In this document: in pieces, positions 39,681 to 51,536 of the stretch
How the letters are laid out: every line of letters starts with the position of its first letter
How positions within the stretch are numbered: the stretch's first letter is position 1
Assembly: GCF_006345805.1 (NCBI RefSeq)
Contig: NC_042997.1
Span: 176,390,001 to 176,454,000 of the forward strand
Length of the DNA: 64,000 nt
Direction of reading: 5' to 3'
Source: Octopus sinensis
Taxonomy: Eukaryota
Made by a program: the position numbers and the translations under genes
Notes under the pieces: generated by a model
The model's database searches: none
What the model saw: the letters and a program-made list of their open reading frames with translations, nothing else
What the model was told of the DNA's origin: nothing

Positions 39681-40853
39681 ATAGATGAACATCAATGGAA
39701 TTTGTATCTTTGTGGTACCAGTACCGGTGGCACACAAGAAAACCATCCGAATGTGGCCGTAGCCAGTACCGCATCGACTGGCCTCTGTGATGTGGGCACA
39801 TAACAAACACCATCCGATCGTGGCTGTCCGCCAGCCTCATCTGGCACCTGTGTCGGTGGCACATAAAAACACCAACCGAAGACCCGGCAAGACTAGTCAG
39901 GCCATAACCCGTGGCCCCTACTTGGGACGTAGTCAGTCCACCTGTGCATACCTTCCTTCCTTCTTGTGACACTTGTGAAGACCTGTGAAGACCTGTTGAG
40001 GCAAGTGAAAATCAAATCAAATCAAATCAAAATAGATGAACGTCAATGGAATTTGTATCTTTGTGGTACCAGTGCCGGTGGCACACAAGAAAACCATCAG
40101 AACGTGGCCGTAGCCAGTACCGCATCGACTGGCCTCCGTGCTGTGGGCACGCAACAAACACCATCCGATCGTGGCCGTTCGCCAGCCTCATCTGGCACCT
40201 GTGTCGGTGGCACATAAAAACACCATCCGAAGACCCGGCAAGACTAGTCAGGTCATAACCCGTGGCCCCTACCTGGGACGTAGTCAGTCCACCTGTGCAT
40301 ACCTTCCTTCTTGTGACACTTGTGAAGACCTGTTGAGGCAAGTGAAAATCAAATCAAAACAAATCAAAATAGATGAACATCAATGGAATTTGTATCTTTG
40401 TGGTACCAGTGCCGGTGGCACACAAGAAAATCATCCGAACGTGGCCGTAGCCAGTACCACATAGACTGGCCTCCGTGCTTTGGGGACGTAACAAACACCA
40501 TCCGATCGTGGCCGTCCGCCAGCCTCATCTGGCACCTGTGTCGGTGGCACATAAAAACACCATCCGAGCGTGGCCGTCTGCCAGCCTCGTCTGGCACCTG
40601 TGTCGGTGGCACATAAAAACACCATCCGAGCGTGGCCGTTCGCCAGCCTCGTCTGGCACCTGTGTCGGTGGCACATAAAATCACCCACTACACTCTCGGA
40701 GTGGTTGGCGTTAGGAAGGGCATCCAGCTGTAGAAACACTGCCAGATCTGACTGGCCTGGTGCAGCCTTCGGGCTCCCCAGACCCCAGTTGAACCGTCCA
40801 ACCCATGCTAGCATGGAAAACGGACGCTAAATGATGATGATGATGATGATGAT
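39651..40853 (+). mobile_element. Young RTE-type 3' end with a triplicated block of about 340-350 bp
   Basis: ATAGATGAAC recurs at 39681, 40032 and 40369; ends in the conserved RTE tail with (GAT)n. Confidence 0.88.
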
Positions 40854-40927
40854 ATATATATATAATAGAAATATTAAAATTACTAAGTCTCTCTGAAGGA
40901 GATTACGGCAGCGTTACTGGATGTTAA

Positions 40928-41241
40928 TAGTTATCGCCATGCTAATATGGCAGTCTAAATATAAGACTAATTTCCACTGTAACTAGGTAAATAAAATCTT
41001 CGAACAGACGGTCAGTAGCGACACCTGCTGGTTCTGACTACGCTGCATTGATAAAGGGCAACAACCCTGAAACATGTCTGCTGATGTCTGACTAGCAAGG
41101 TGAAGCGGCTGACCTCCCCTGTTCGAAGGTTGTAATGGATGCAGGTTCGTGTGTCATATAGCTAGCTAGAAGCGGTGGCCTCTTGGAGCTAATCAGCGAC
41201 AGCTTTAGTCTTATATTTAGACTGCCATATTAGTATGGTGA

Positions 41242-41247
<6 letters not shown>
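40928..41247. mobile_element. 320-bp element with 43-bp inverted repeats carrying a hammerhead motif (Penelope-like terminal structure)
   Basis: 40928-40970 and 41205-41247 are reverse complements (41/43 identical). Internal hammerhead at 41045; abuts (TA)n on the right. Confidence 0.7.
41045..41081 (+). ncRNA. Degenerate type-I hammerhead ribozyme motif
   Basis: GCA-TTGATAA-AGGG(CAACAA)CCCT-GAAAC(AT)GT-C-TGC: stems I, II and palindromic III (ACATGT) intact, GUC triplet present. The core differs from CUGAUGA by two transitions. Confidence 0.65.

Positions 41248-41326
<79 letters not shown>
41245..41326. repeat. (TA)n microsatellite, about 40 units
   Basis: Direct reading. Confidence 0.95.
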
Positions 41327-41328
<2 letters not shown>

Positions 41329-42063
41329 TTGCTATCATAGCAGGAATGAGATTTGCATATTTGGACATTTTCCTTTTTTTAAAATTCTTTTTACATCTAA
41401 TTACTCAGTTATGAAGCCTAATGCTTGCAGCTTTTTACAGTGGCTCTAGCAACAGTAAAAACAAATAATAACAATGTTATTGGATTTGTAGTAATTTCCT
41501 GAGAATTGATCTTCTAACATCTCTGTCTAGATAAAGTATTCTTTTTAGCCACAAAAGCATATTCTGCAATACAAATCTTCAAATGTTGAACCTCAAATGT
41601 GGACAACTGAACATGCCCTTTAACTTTTATGCCAGCAATTAATATTTTGTGGCAGCTGTGTTTAATTACAGGCTAACTTCAAAAACTAATTTCTGTCTTA
41701 TATTATTTACACACCAAAAGGTAGACAAATCATTTAAAAATATTTTTATTGTTTTCTTATACAAAGCCTTGATTGTAAATTCTTGTAAGAGATTGGCATC
41801 ATAGAGATTTTAATGATCTAGATGCAACTTTAATATATTTCATATGAAGATTGCTAAAAGACAATTCTCTCACCTCCCTCTAGAAAATCATCCAAAAATT
41901 GAGCCAATCAGTAGGCTCTGCTTTGTGTCAAAGTCCATTAAAAGATGATTCTCTTCCACTACCATTTGTTGCCATAATATTTCTCACTCATATACACATT
42001 ATTGGAGACTGTAACAAATATATATTTAACAGACATACAATTTTTATGTCTTTTTCTATCATA

Positions 42064-42460
42064 TAGGCGCAGGAGTGGCTGTGTGGTAAGTAGCTTGCTA
42101 ACCAACCACATGGTTCCGGGTTCAGTCCCACTGCGTGGCATCTTGGGCAAGTGTCTTCTGCTATAGCCCCGGGCCGACCAATGCCTTGTGAGTGGATTTG
42201 GTAGATGGAAACTGAAAGAAGCCCATCGTATATATATATATGTATATGTGTGTATGTGTGTTTGTCCCCTTAGCATTGCTTGACAACCGATGCTGGTGTG
42301 TTTACGTCCCTGTCACTTAGCGGTTCGGCAAAAGAGACAGATAGAATAAGTACTGGGCTTACAATGAATAAGTCCCGGGGTCGATTTGCTCGACTAAAGG
42401 CGGTGCTCCAGCATGGCCGCAGTCAAATGACTGAAACAAGTAAAAGAGAGAAAAGAGAGA
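42064..42460 (+). mobile_element. Full-length SINE, family A
   Basis: taggcgcaggagtggc... head through ...gactgaaacaagtaaaagag tail. Confidence 0.88.
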
Positions 42461-42519
42461 TACACATACACAAAAATAGGCAATTAGATAATTAGATAAA
42501 ATAGATAATTGTGGATGTT

Positions 42520-42931
42520 GGCATAAGTGTGAGATAAGAAATTTGCTTTCCAGCCTCTTGGTTTCAGATTCATTTCCACTGTGTGGCACTTTGGCCAGTG
42601 TCTTCTATTATAACCTTGGGTCAACTAAAGCCTTGTGAATGGATTTGGTAGGTGGTAACTGAAAAAAGCCCATTATATGTATGTGTTTTTGTGCATATGC
42701 ATGTGTTACTGTCTCCTTGCCATGATTTCACATGATATTTATAAACAAGTGTCATTGTCATGCAAACAGAGTCCTTAGTTTCCAATCTTTCATGAAAGTA
42801 TGCCTGATTATGGGGAAATATTACTTTGCTTGGAGACAGGTAGGGTTGGTGATAGGAAGGGCATCTGGCTGTAGAAAAATGCACCACAACAAATTCCTCT
42901 GATGCACACAAGCATGGAAAAGTGGACGATT

Positions 42932-43006
<75 letters not shown>
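42520..43006 (+). mobile_element. SINE family C with an expanded (ATG)25 tail
   Basis: Head, linker and C body; tail 42932-43006 is 25 ATG units. Confidence 0.75.
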
Positions 43007-45249
43007 CATATATAACATATGTTCATTGTTAAGTCATCCAGATTATATTTTTCTCAAATTAAATATATAACATCTTTCTCATCCTTCTATTTGAGAAAGC
43101 ATATGCAACCTTTATTTATCAGAAAACTATCACATATACATATACTTTTCAGATTCACATAAAATGAATTGTAGGGAGCCTCATCAAGGTTAGTCAACTC
43201 AGACTGCAAGAAATAACAGCAAAGTATTCAAGTCATTCCTAATGTCTTAAAAAGAAAAGACATATGATAATGTAGTCCTTGATACACTACATCTCTGAAA
43301 TAAATGATTGCAAAAAATTTGATCATATGACAGTTGACCTGCTCAATGATAGTTGATCTGAGCTTAGCAGTAACTCTAATCCTCATCAAGTGAAGATGGA
43401 ATAAAATGAAATCATTTTCATATATAAGTAAAAACAGGTAGAAAGAGGCAGAATCTAAACTTGAGTATTGAATGTTAGTTCCTATATTTTCTAGCATGTC
43501 AAACATTTCAAACTAAACTTTACAGCCAAAATAGGTAGGTTGACTTTGGAGGATCAACAATTCTGTGTGAAATGCAGCAGTGTTTGGAAAGATAGTGTTG
43601 ATGCTTGAATGTTCACACTATATACTATGTTGACTTGTATGCTGAAAATACAGTAAGCCTATTAACCATTATAGAAATATTGTGACATGCTATCCATTAA
43701 TTTGTTTTTATGGGAGACAGAATCTTTATGAAAAAAACTTTTTAACTTTTAAAAATTTGCTACTGTGCTGCAAATACTCAATGTAAACCACATTCATTTA
43801 AGTTTTACAATACCAGGCTACAATAGCTCTCTTACGTAGTCTATGTCTAACTCCCAAAATTAATAAAACTTTTTGGAATAATCAACAACATGCTGATTAT
43901 TATGGATCTTTCAACATTATAGAATCAAATGTGCCAACTTTCTTTTGATTTTTTTTCTTTTGCCTCGTGGTATTTGTTTTAACGCTTTATACTCTAAATT
44001 TAAATGCCATTTGGTCTACCTTAACTTTCAACAAAAGAATGATGAAAATGTACCCATTCAATGGTGGTGAATAGAACTTGTAGCATAGACTCTATATATA
44101 CATTTGAACATAGCAGGGACCAACTGGCTTTTGGCTGCTGTTTGTATCCCATTGTACCCACTACTCTGATTGGTTGGTATTGGCACAATTTGTCTCTTAC
44201 TCTGTTGTGCCAACTGACCATGGATAGCCAGTCAGAGACTTTAGATAGCATCATGTGAACAACCTTTTTCAAACCCTATTTCATGCCTACCACTTTCTAT
44301 AAAAACCCAGCTTTTTCCTCAATACATATCTTTGCTTCCTGACCTTTTAAGGTCAAGCCACTGACCACGTAGACACAGCCAGTTACAGTGACGACTCCAC
44401 AGCAGCTACATTGAGACTTACCAACTTTGTCCAACAGCATTATAGCAACCTCTATCTTCGTCACCACCATGATGTCCTTAGCATTGTCAACATCATCTCT
44501 CTATGTACACAGCTCAGCAAGCAACTCGCCCAGGTTCCAACACTTCTCTATTCATGAATTACTTCACCATGGATCAACAATGAATATACAACCAGCAAGA
44601 ACTCCTGTACCAAGTGACCCAGGTAGCAGCATCACAGCCACAACTTCATGTACGACATGTACCGGCAACTGGCTCAGCATCATGACCGCAACTTCTTGAT
44701 ACAGTATTTCAACTACTGTGTATAAATGACTATGAACTGGTATTATTTATCTTACTTGTGTCTATGAACATTTTTCTCACTTCTCTTTATAAACTCTTTC
44801 ACTGCCTACTTATCAATATCCTTAAACATACACAACAAACACACACATCCATGCCTATACACACACGCGCATAAACTTTCTTCTCATGACAGCCTGTCAA
44901 TTTATTTCTGTATCCATGACACCACACAGACACATGTTATTATATCAATAAATCTTCTCTTAATCATTCTATGTGTTTGTGTCTCCATTTTCTCTATGGC
45001 ACTTATATGTACCATTCAATTATGTATTTATTGTTTCAACTGTGTGATGTACTAAAGAGCAATTCTTGTCACCTCACACCACACAGTTCCTACAAACTGA
45101 AAGAACATTGGACCAGATGCACAGCAGTTTTTGTTCCTGCTCTTTGCAGTCTGAGTTCATTCTGCTATGGTATACCTGGGGAGAATCTGTTATCTAATTT
45201 AACACTGCCACCTGGCACCATGGCTGCCTTTAGCAGAATCTATTCTGTT

Positions 45250-45762
45250 ATAAGCATTTGGGCAAGTTGCTTTTACCAAAAGTCCTCTCTCAAATGCTTC
45301 AAAAACATTGCAGTAGAATTCTAGATTAATGGTCTGGCCCCTATGGAATGAATTCTCAATGCACAATGCCACATTTCTGGGGGTGATGCTTGTAGCAGGT
45401 CTTCCAGATGGCTCATCATCTTCGAGGGACATTCTTCCACTTTTGCCCCCGTGCCACTTGAAACATTGTCTCGTTGCCATAAGCTTGCTGAAGCATGCTC
45501 AATGTCTCTGTAGCAGACTTCACATGTTTAATGCAAAATTTCAGGCTGGTTCTTTGTTCCTGTCCATGACAAAATTACAGACTCTGCATACATGTGATTA
45601 CAAAAACACAATTTTCACAACTTGCGAAGTGAACACAGTAATGCCACTTGGCACACTGCCTCATGACAATTGCTGCTATCTCTCGCTGTGCAAGCAACCA
45701 TGTGCTGTCATCTGTTGATGCAGAACTACAGAACTAGTCCGAGAACTTTTTGATACCACCTC
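45250..45762 (-). mobile_element. Internally deleted mariner relic
   Basis: W...KSGRMSLEDDEPSGRPATSITPRNV fused to GQTINLEFYCNV; TIR-like gaggtggtatcaaaaagttctcggact at the 5' end. Confidence 0.75.
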
Positions 45763-45857
45763 AAAGACGAAGGGACATAGAGGTGGCAAAAGATAGCAAA
45801 CAAAAACTTATAATAGCTAGGAAAAAATTGAAAGGAAGTTGAACAGAATATAATTAA

Positions 45858-45907
45858 CCCTTTAACATTTAAACTGTCCATTTCAGACCTGCTTAAATGC
45901 TAAAGGG
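45858..45907. mobile_element. Ultra-short (50 bp) piggyBac-type MITE
   Basis: TTAA-CCCTTTAACATTTAA...TTAAATGCTAAAGGG-TTAA; TIR 14/15. Confidence 0.7.
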
Positions 45908-46893
45908 TTAACTAAAATACATCAGTATATTTGGCAAAGTGAATAGCAAACAAGAGAAATAGGCTTAGAGTAGAGGGGACTCTACATGACCACATCTATA
46001 GTGCTGTCGGCATGATAAATGCACCCAATACATACTATAAAGTGGTTGGTGGTAGATAGAGCATCCAGACATAGAAACCAATCTAAAATTGAACAGATGT
46101 GGGTGAAGTCTTCAGGCTCATCTAGGTTGGCAGTAACTCCTGATACAAACTGTTCCAGATTCTAACAACCCATAACAGCATTGAAAGCTGACGTAAAACG
46201 AGTGTGTGCATTATACATACATTTGTGTGTGTGTATGTGTGTGTAATATGAGGTAGGTATGTATCTCCTCTACACCAAGACAGCTGTTCCTCAATCACTT
46301 TAATCTCACAACACCTGGCACAAATCCACCTCCTCAATACTACTTCTTCAATCAGCTGAGTGGTGAGGTCTATCTTGCAAGTTACTTAGTGATCTCCCTA
46401 ATGCAGGTGCCATGAAAAAAAGCACCCAGTACATTCTACAAAGTGGTTGGTGTTAGCAAGGGTATCCAATCATAGAAACCATGCCAAAGCAGACACTGGA
46501 GTTCAATGTAGCCCAGTGGCTCACTGGATACTGTCAAAACTGTCAAACCTGTGCCAGCATGGAAGATGGATGTTAAATGATGATGGTGATGAAGCTGGTG
46601 ATGATGTCTGTCTCACACACAAGAGAAGGTTTATGTCTACTCATGACTTCATAGGCACCTAAAACAAATAGCATTTACCTGCTACTAACTCATTCTCAGT
46701 TCTGAGTGACAGCTGTTGTAGCAATACACACACACATGAGCACGCGTGCACACACACACACAAACATATATATACACACATACACACACACACATTTACA
46801 CACTCACAGTGTATTTACTGTATTACTACAAATACAGAAGCATACACAATTAGACTCCTACTGAAATATATAATATTCTCTGGAAATAAACAA

Positions 46894-47269
46894 ACTCTTA
46901 CTCTTTTACTTGTTTCAGTCATTTGACTGTGGCCATGCTGGAGCACCACCTTTAGGCGAGCAAATCGACTCCAGGACTTATTCTTTGTAAGCCTAGTACT
47001 TATTCTATCGGTCTCTTTTGCCAAACTGCTAGGTTACGAGGGACGTAAACACAACAGCATCGGTTGTCAAGTGATGTTGATGGAACAAACACATCACACA
47101 AACATATACACACACATATATATATACATATATACAACGTGCTTCTTTCAGTTTCTGTCTACCAAGTCCACTCAAAGACTTTGGTCGATCCGAGGCTATA
47201 GTAGAAGACACTTGCCCAAGGTACCACGCAGTGGGAATGAACCCGGAACCACACAGCCACTCCTGCATA
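46894..47269 (-). mobile_element. SINE family A with an internal head deletion at an ACCA microhomology
   Basis: ggaacc|acacagcc junction lacks the segment present in other copies. Confidence 0.8.
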
Positions 47270-48291
47270 GTAACAAAAAATTTGAATCCATTCATGGATT
47301 TCTTACAAATTTACCTTGAATAGACATAAACTATCTTCAGTGATAGAAAGGACAAAAAAACAAAAGTTACCTAGTTTCAACATTTTAATATAAAAATGTA
47401 CAAAAAAGACAATATCAACTATATCAAACATTGATGTTCTGAATGAAAAGTTTAAACTGAGCTATATTTAATATAATTGTAATTTTTTGTATTATTAACC
47501 TCAATTAAGATGAAACTTGCTTCCAACATTTACATTTGGCAAGGCAGTGAGCTGGCAGAGTCACTACCATGCACTGAGGTCAACTTTGCCTTTCATCCTT
47601 TCAGGATTTATAAAATAGGTACCAATTGATCACTGGGGCTGATGTCATCAATTCCCCACCTTGCTCTGAAATTTTTGGCCTTGTGCCATAATTGGAAGCC
47701 AATATTTACATCTGGTTTTTGGTGTTTATACCAAAAATAATGAAACAATTATCATCACTAAAGACAAAGTAAAGATTTTTAAAAATGTAATCTTTTTTTA
47801 CATCTGGCATAAAAAATATAAAACCAATGAAAAACTTTTTCTCTCTGTTTTTGTTCATGGATATATTGTGTGTGTAACAAGAAGGTTGGAAGGACAATAC
47901 CACATTTAAGAAGGTTCCAGATATAAGTGTTTACGTGGATGTAAGCAATATCAGAAGGCAATGTTTTCTTAGTTAATAAACATCACAATTTATGTGTGTA
48001 GTGTTTACATGTAAATATCTGTATTCATGTAGTGTTAAGCTAGGTTTGTGTGTCTGTGTGTAATGTTGGCATGGGTTGTGTGTGTGTATGTGTGTGTGAG
48101 TCTGTGGTGTGTATATGTGTATTTATATTCATATATACAATTATCATGGGATAAACTATATTTTGAACATCAGATGCCAGTATCTACTTGTGTGAAAATT
48201 CATTTTTCAAATTCTGATCTAATTTCATCACCTTTGACTGTTTTTATTTCTTTGTGTCACTCCCAACAGGCTCACAGAACATTTTTCTGAA

Positions 48292-48480
48292 TATCATCAT
48301 CATCATCATCATTTAGCGTCCGCTTTCCATGCTAGCATGGGTTGGACGGTTCAACTGGGGTCTAGGAAGCCAGAAGGCTGCACCAGGCCCAGTCTGATCT
48401 GGCAATGTTTCTACAGCTGGATGCCCTTCCTAACGCCAACCACTCCGTGAGTGTAGTGGGTGCTTTTTACGTGCCACCCG
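48292..48480 (-). mobile_element. Young 5'-truncated RTE 3' end
   Basis: Nearly identical to the 3' end at 56019-56215; (ATC)n on the plus strand. Confidence 0.85.
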
Positions 48481-48636
48481 CAACAGTTAAACACTGAAGA
48501 ATTGAGAAAGGAACTAAACATGAAAAGCTGTTGGTTGATGAAAGTAAGAAAGATAGCTAAATTGGTATTAACATTGATAGAAAACTGTTGAGAAAGTCTG
48601 GGCCTAATAATATAGTTGGTGTGCAATGGTATATTC

Positions 48637-49613
48637 TATTCAGTTGTGCCTGGGGAGAGTCATTTTCTTTTTGTTCCTTATAATGTAACACACTCATTGG
48701 TAAAATTTCCATTTATTTCTTGTTTTTATTTTCCTAAAATTTTCGTTGCATCTTGCAACCTTTTCAATAGTCTTGGCTCTGTCCGTTATTTACACTGCGT
48801 TCCTTTTTGTTTGTTTGTGTGCATGTGTGTGGGTCAGTGTGCATGTGTGTGTGCCTATGCATGCATGCATGTATGTATGTATGTGTGTATGTATGTATGC
48901 GTTTGTATGTATGTATGTATATGTGTGAGTGTGCATCTGTATATATGTATCCAGTATATTCATGTGCTTGCATGTCCGTGTTTGTGTATTTTCTATGTAT
49001 GTGTGTGTGAGTGTGTGTTTGTATATGTATACAACTCTGTCTCCTTGTGTGTGTGTGTTATGCAACTATGTTCCATGTATGTATGTATGGATGTGCATCT
49101 CTATGTGTGGATCCGTGGATCCATATGTGTCCTTGTGTGGAGTAAAGTGTGTGTGTATATATATGGTCATGTGTGTCAGTCTCCATTTGTATATGTGTGC
49201 TTGTCTGCTCTTATAATCTATGTTCCTATCCATCTGTATGTTGATCTGTTTATTTTCATATCCATATGCTTACATACAATAAAAAAAAATACATGTGCAT
49301 ACACACACTCACACACCCACACATACTTCTATCTACATAAATCTACATAACAGTCCTCTAACTATTCTACTCTACCTGTGTAAACTGTGGGTATGGAGGT
49401 ATTATATCTACTATGTATATTTCCTGTTTAGTATTGGGAGGTTTTATTTATAAGGACATACTCCCATATTTGTCTGAATGTTGGGTCTTTTGGGTGCTTG
49501 GATAAGATGCAGATGTCAAGTTGACCTAACTTGCCTCTATGATGGTCTTTGGCATGTTGGTAGAGTATGGAAGGTACAAAAAGAAAATGACTCTCCCCAG
49601 ACACAACAGAATA
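48637..49613. mobile_element. 977-bp element with 43-bp inverted ends and TG/TATG low-complexity interior
   Basis: 48637-48679 versus reverse complement of 49571-49613: 40/43 identical; both ends begin with TA. Confidence 0.55.
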
Positions 49614-49877
49614 TGCTTCAACACATAAACTCATATAAAGAATCTTGCAAACCAAATCCAAAAATAGTATATTCTATGTTTAACTATTTAAATATTATGG
49701 GCATCTACTGTGAAGTGGATATTTTCCTCAACATGAGGGATTTTCAGTGGAAGAACAAAAAGGTAGACGGATACAATAAAAATAAGTTATTGCTAATGTA
49801 TTAGAATTTGATAATCGAATAGTTAAATCATTGTTAACACGCAGAGACCATTAAAAAGCTAACTAAAAATAATTTAA

Positions 49878-50188
49878 GTGGTTCCAGGTTCAGTCCCACT
49901 GCAGGACACCTTGGGCAAGTATCTTCTTGGGCTGAACGAAGCCTTATGAGTGGATTCATTTGATGGAAATTGGAAGAAGCTCATTGTATGTATGTGTGTG
50001 TGTGTCTTTGTTTTTGTCCTCCATCACCACTTGACAAGTGGTATTTGTTTGTTTACATCCCTTTAACTTAGTGGTTCAGCAAAAGAGACTAATAGAATAA
50101 GTAGTAAGCTTTAAAAAAAAAGTTTTTCAAAGTGGTGCTACAGCATGGCTGCAGTCTAATGAGTGAAACAAGTAAAAGATAAAAGATA
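49878..50188 (+). mobile_element. Older SINE, family A
   Basis: Diverged head, linker and aaaagat tail. Confidence 0.7.
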
Positions 50189-50444
50189 AGCATGAGAGAC
50201 AAATCCAGTCATGTTTTCTTGACCTCATCAATGAAGCATAATCTTTGCTGAGCTTGACAAAGTACTAATGAGAAAATCCATAAGTAAATGCAGAAGATCA
50301 ACGTATCCAAACTACTGGCACACCAATATGCTATGTCCTTTGTCCTTTCAGCCATTACAATATAGTTTTCTTCTTTACAACAATGTTCTCTGTTTGGTTG
50401 AGCTTTCTAAATATGTCACCTCATGTAATCCAAATTGATGGACT

Positions 50445-50883
50445 TGTAATGGAAGGCAAGGTTTACGATATCGGAAGAATATTGTCTTCTTCCATCGTCT
50501 TTTTGTTCTTCGTGTAGGTCAGGCTTCCAGCAGGCGAAGTGAGAAAACTTCAAGTACAAATGTTATTTATAACTGCTTTATTTACAGGTTTTACAGGATA
50601 GATGAAGTGTGCTGCTCTCAGCTACCATCTTTAGCTGTGTGTAGTAGCTCCGTTAGTGCAGGCACATTGCCTCTGGAGATACAACATATAGACTGGTCCA
50701 GCCAGTGGTGGTGTTCAGCCAGTGCTGCTGAAAGGTGGCGCCAAAAAGAGAAATTTGAATCGGGTTTTCCCTTTATATAGAGTTTCCATTGCGAGCCTCG
50801 TAGTGATCTCGCGCATGGCAAATGGATGCAGGTAAGGTCTCGCTCCAGTCTCGGAGATGGTGCTGACTGCTTGTGCCACTACA
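50445..50883 (-). mobile_element. Solo LTR (Ty3/Gypsy-like, 439 bp)
   Basis: TGTAAT...ACTACA termini and 4-bp TSD GACT on both sides; on the minus strand a TATA-like CTATATAAAGG followed by AATAAA. Confidence 0.8.
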
Positions 50884-51194
50884 GACTAATCTCTTTTCCT
50901 TTTATAACAGCTATAATGTCATGCTCTTCATATTATATCTTTCATATATTAACTCTTGATTTCAACAAAACTTTTTTTGACTATGTGTATTTTATGGATT
51001 GCTCTTCCCACCCATATGTTTCATCTATCAACCAACCTGCAACATTTCAAATTAAATATTAACTATTTTAACACCATCAGATATTCTGGCCCTTGATCTA
51101 ACAGGAGCTAAGAATAGCAATGGTCACTGACCCACTATTTTTAGATAAGTAAATAAATAGCTAAATAATGTATTTTTTAATATAAATATTTTAA

Positions 51195-51536
51195 AGGGTA
51201 AAGACCCCCTTCGGTCATGAATGACCATGGGATTGCACCTAGAAAGTTACCCTCCTAGACACAAGTCCGGGCAAGGTTGTTTGTGGAAGGCGAGCAGTCG
51301 CCCATGCATACCAGCCTCCCCTCTCCACGCCACCAGTGTTATCCAAGGGAAAGGCAAAGGTCGATACAGCTTGGCACCTGTGACGTCGCAACTCATTTCT
51401 ACAGCTGAGTGAACTGGAGCAACGTGAAATAAAGTGCCTTGCTCAAGAACACAACATGCAGCCCGGTCCGGGATTCGAGCTCACAACCTCACGATCGTAA
51501 GCTCGACGCTCTAACCACTGAGCCATGCGCCTTCTT
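51195..51536 (-). mobile_element. Young tRNA-derived SINE, family D
   Basis: Minus-strand head ggcgcatggctcagtggttagagcg... (A box) and gagctcgaatccc (B-box variant); possible ATATTTTAA TSD at 51186-51194 / 51537-51545. Confidence 0.85.

Noticed and set aside
39676-40830. Cluster of overlapping 60-127-aa ORFs
   Set aside because: Repeated readings of the GC-rich triplicated RTE 3'UTR.
42808-43026. Poly-His / poly-Ile ORFs
   Set aside because: Translations of the (ATG)25 SINE tail.
43228-43506. 92-aa ORF
   Set aside because: Overlaps a decayed interspersed repeat; no homology recognised.
48616-49350. 244-aa ORF
   Set aside because: Produced by TG/TATG low-complexity repeat (V/C/M/Y-rich); no domain.
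51195-51536. tRNA gene
   Set aside because: Only a tRNA-like head continuing into a SINE body; no acceptor stem or terminator.
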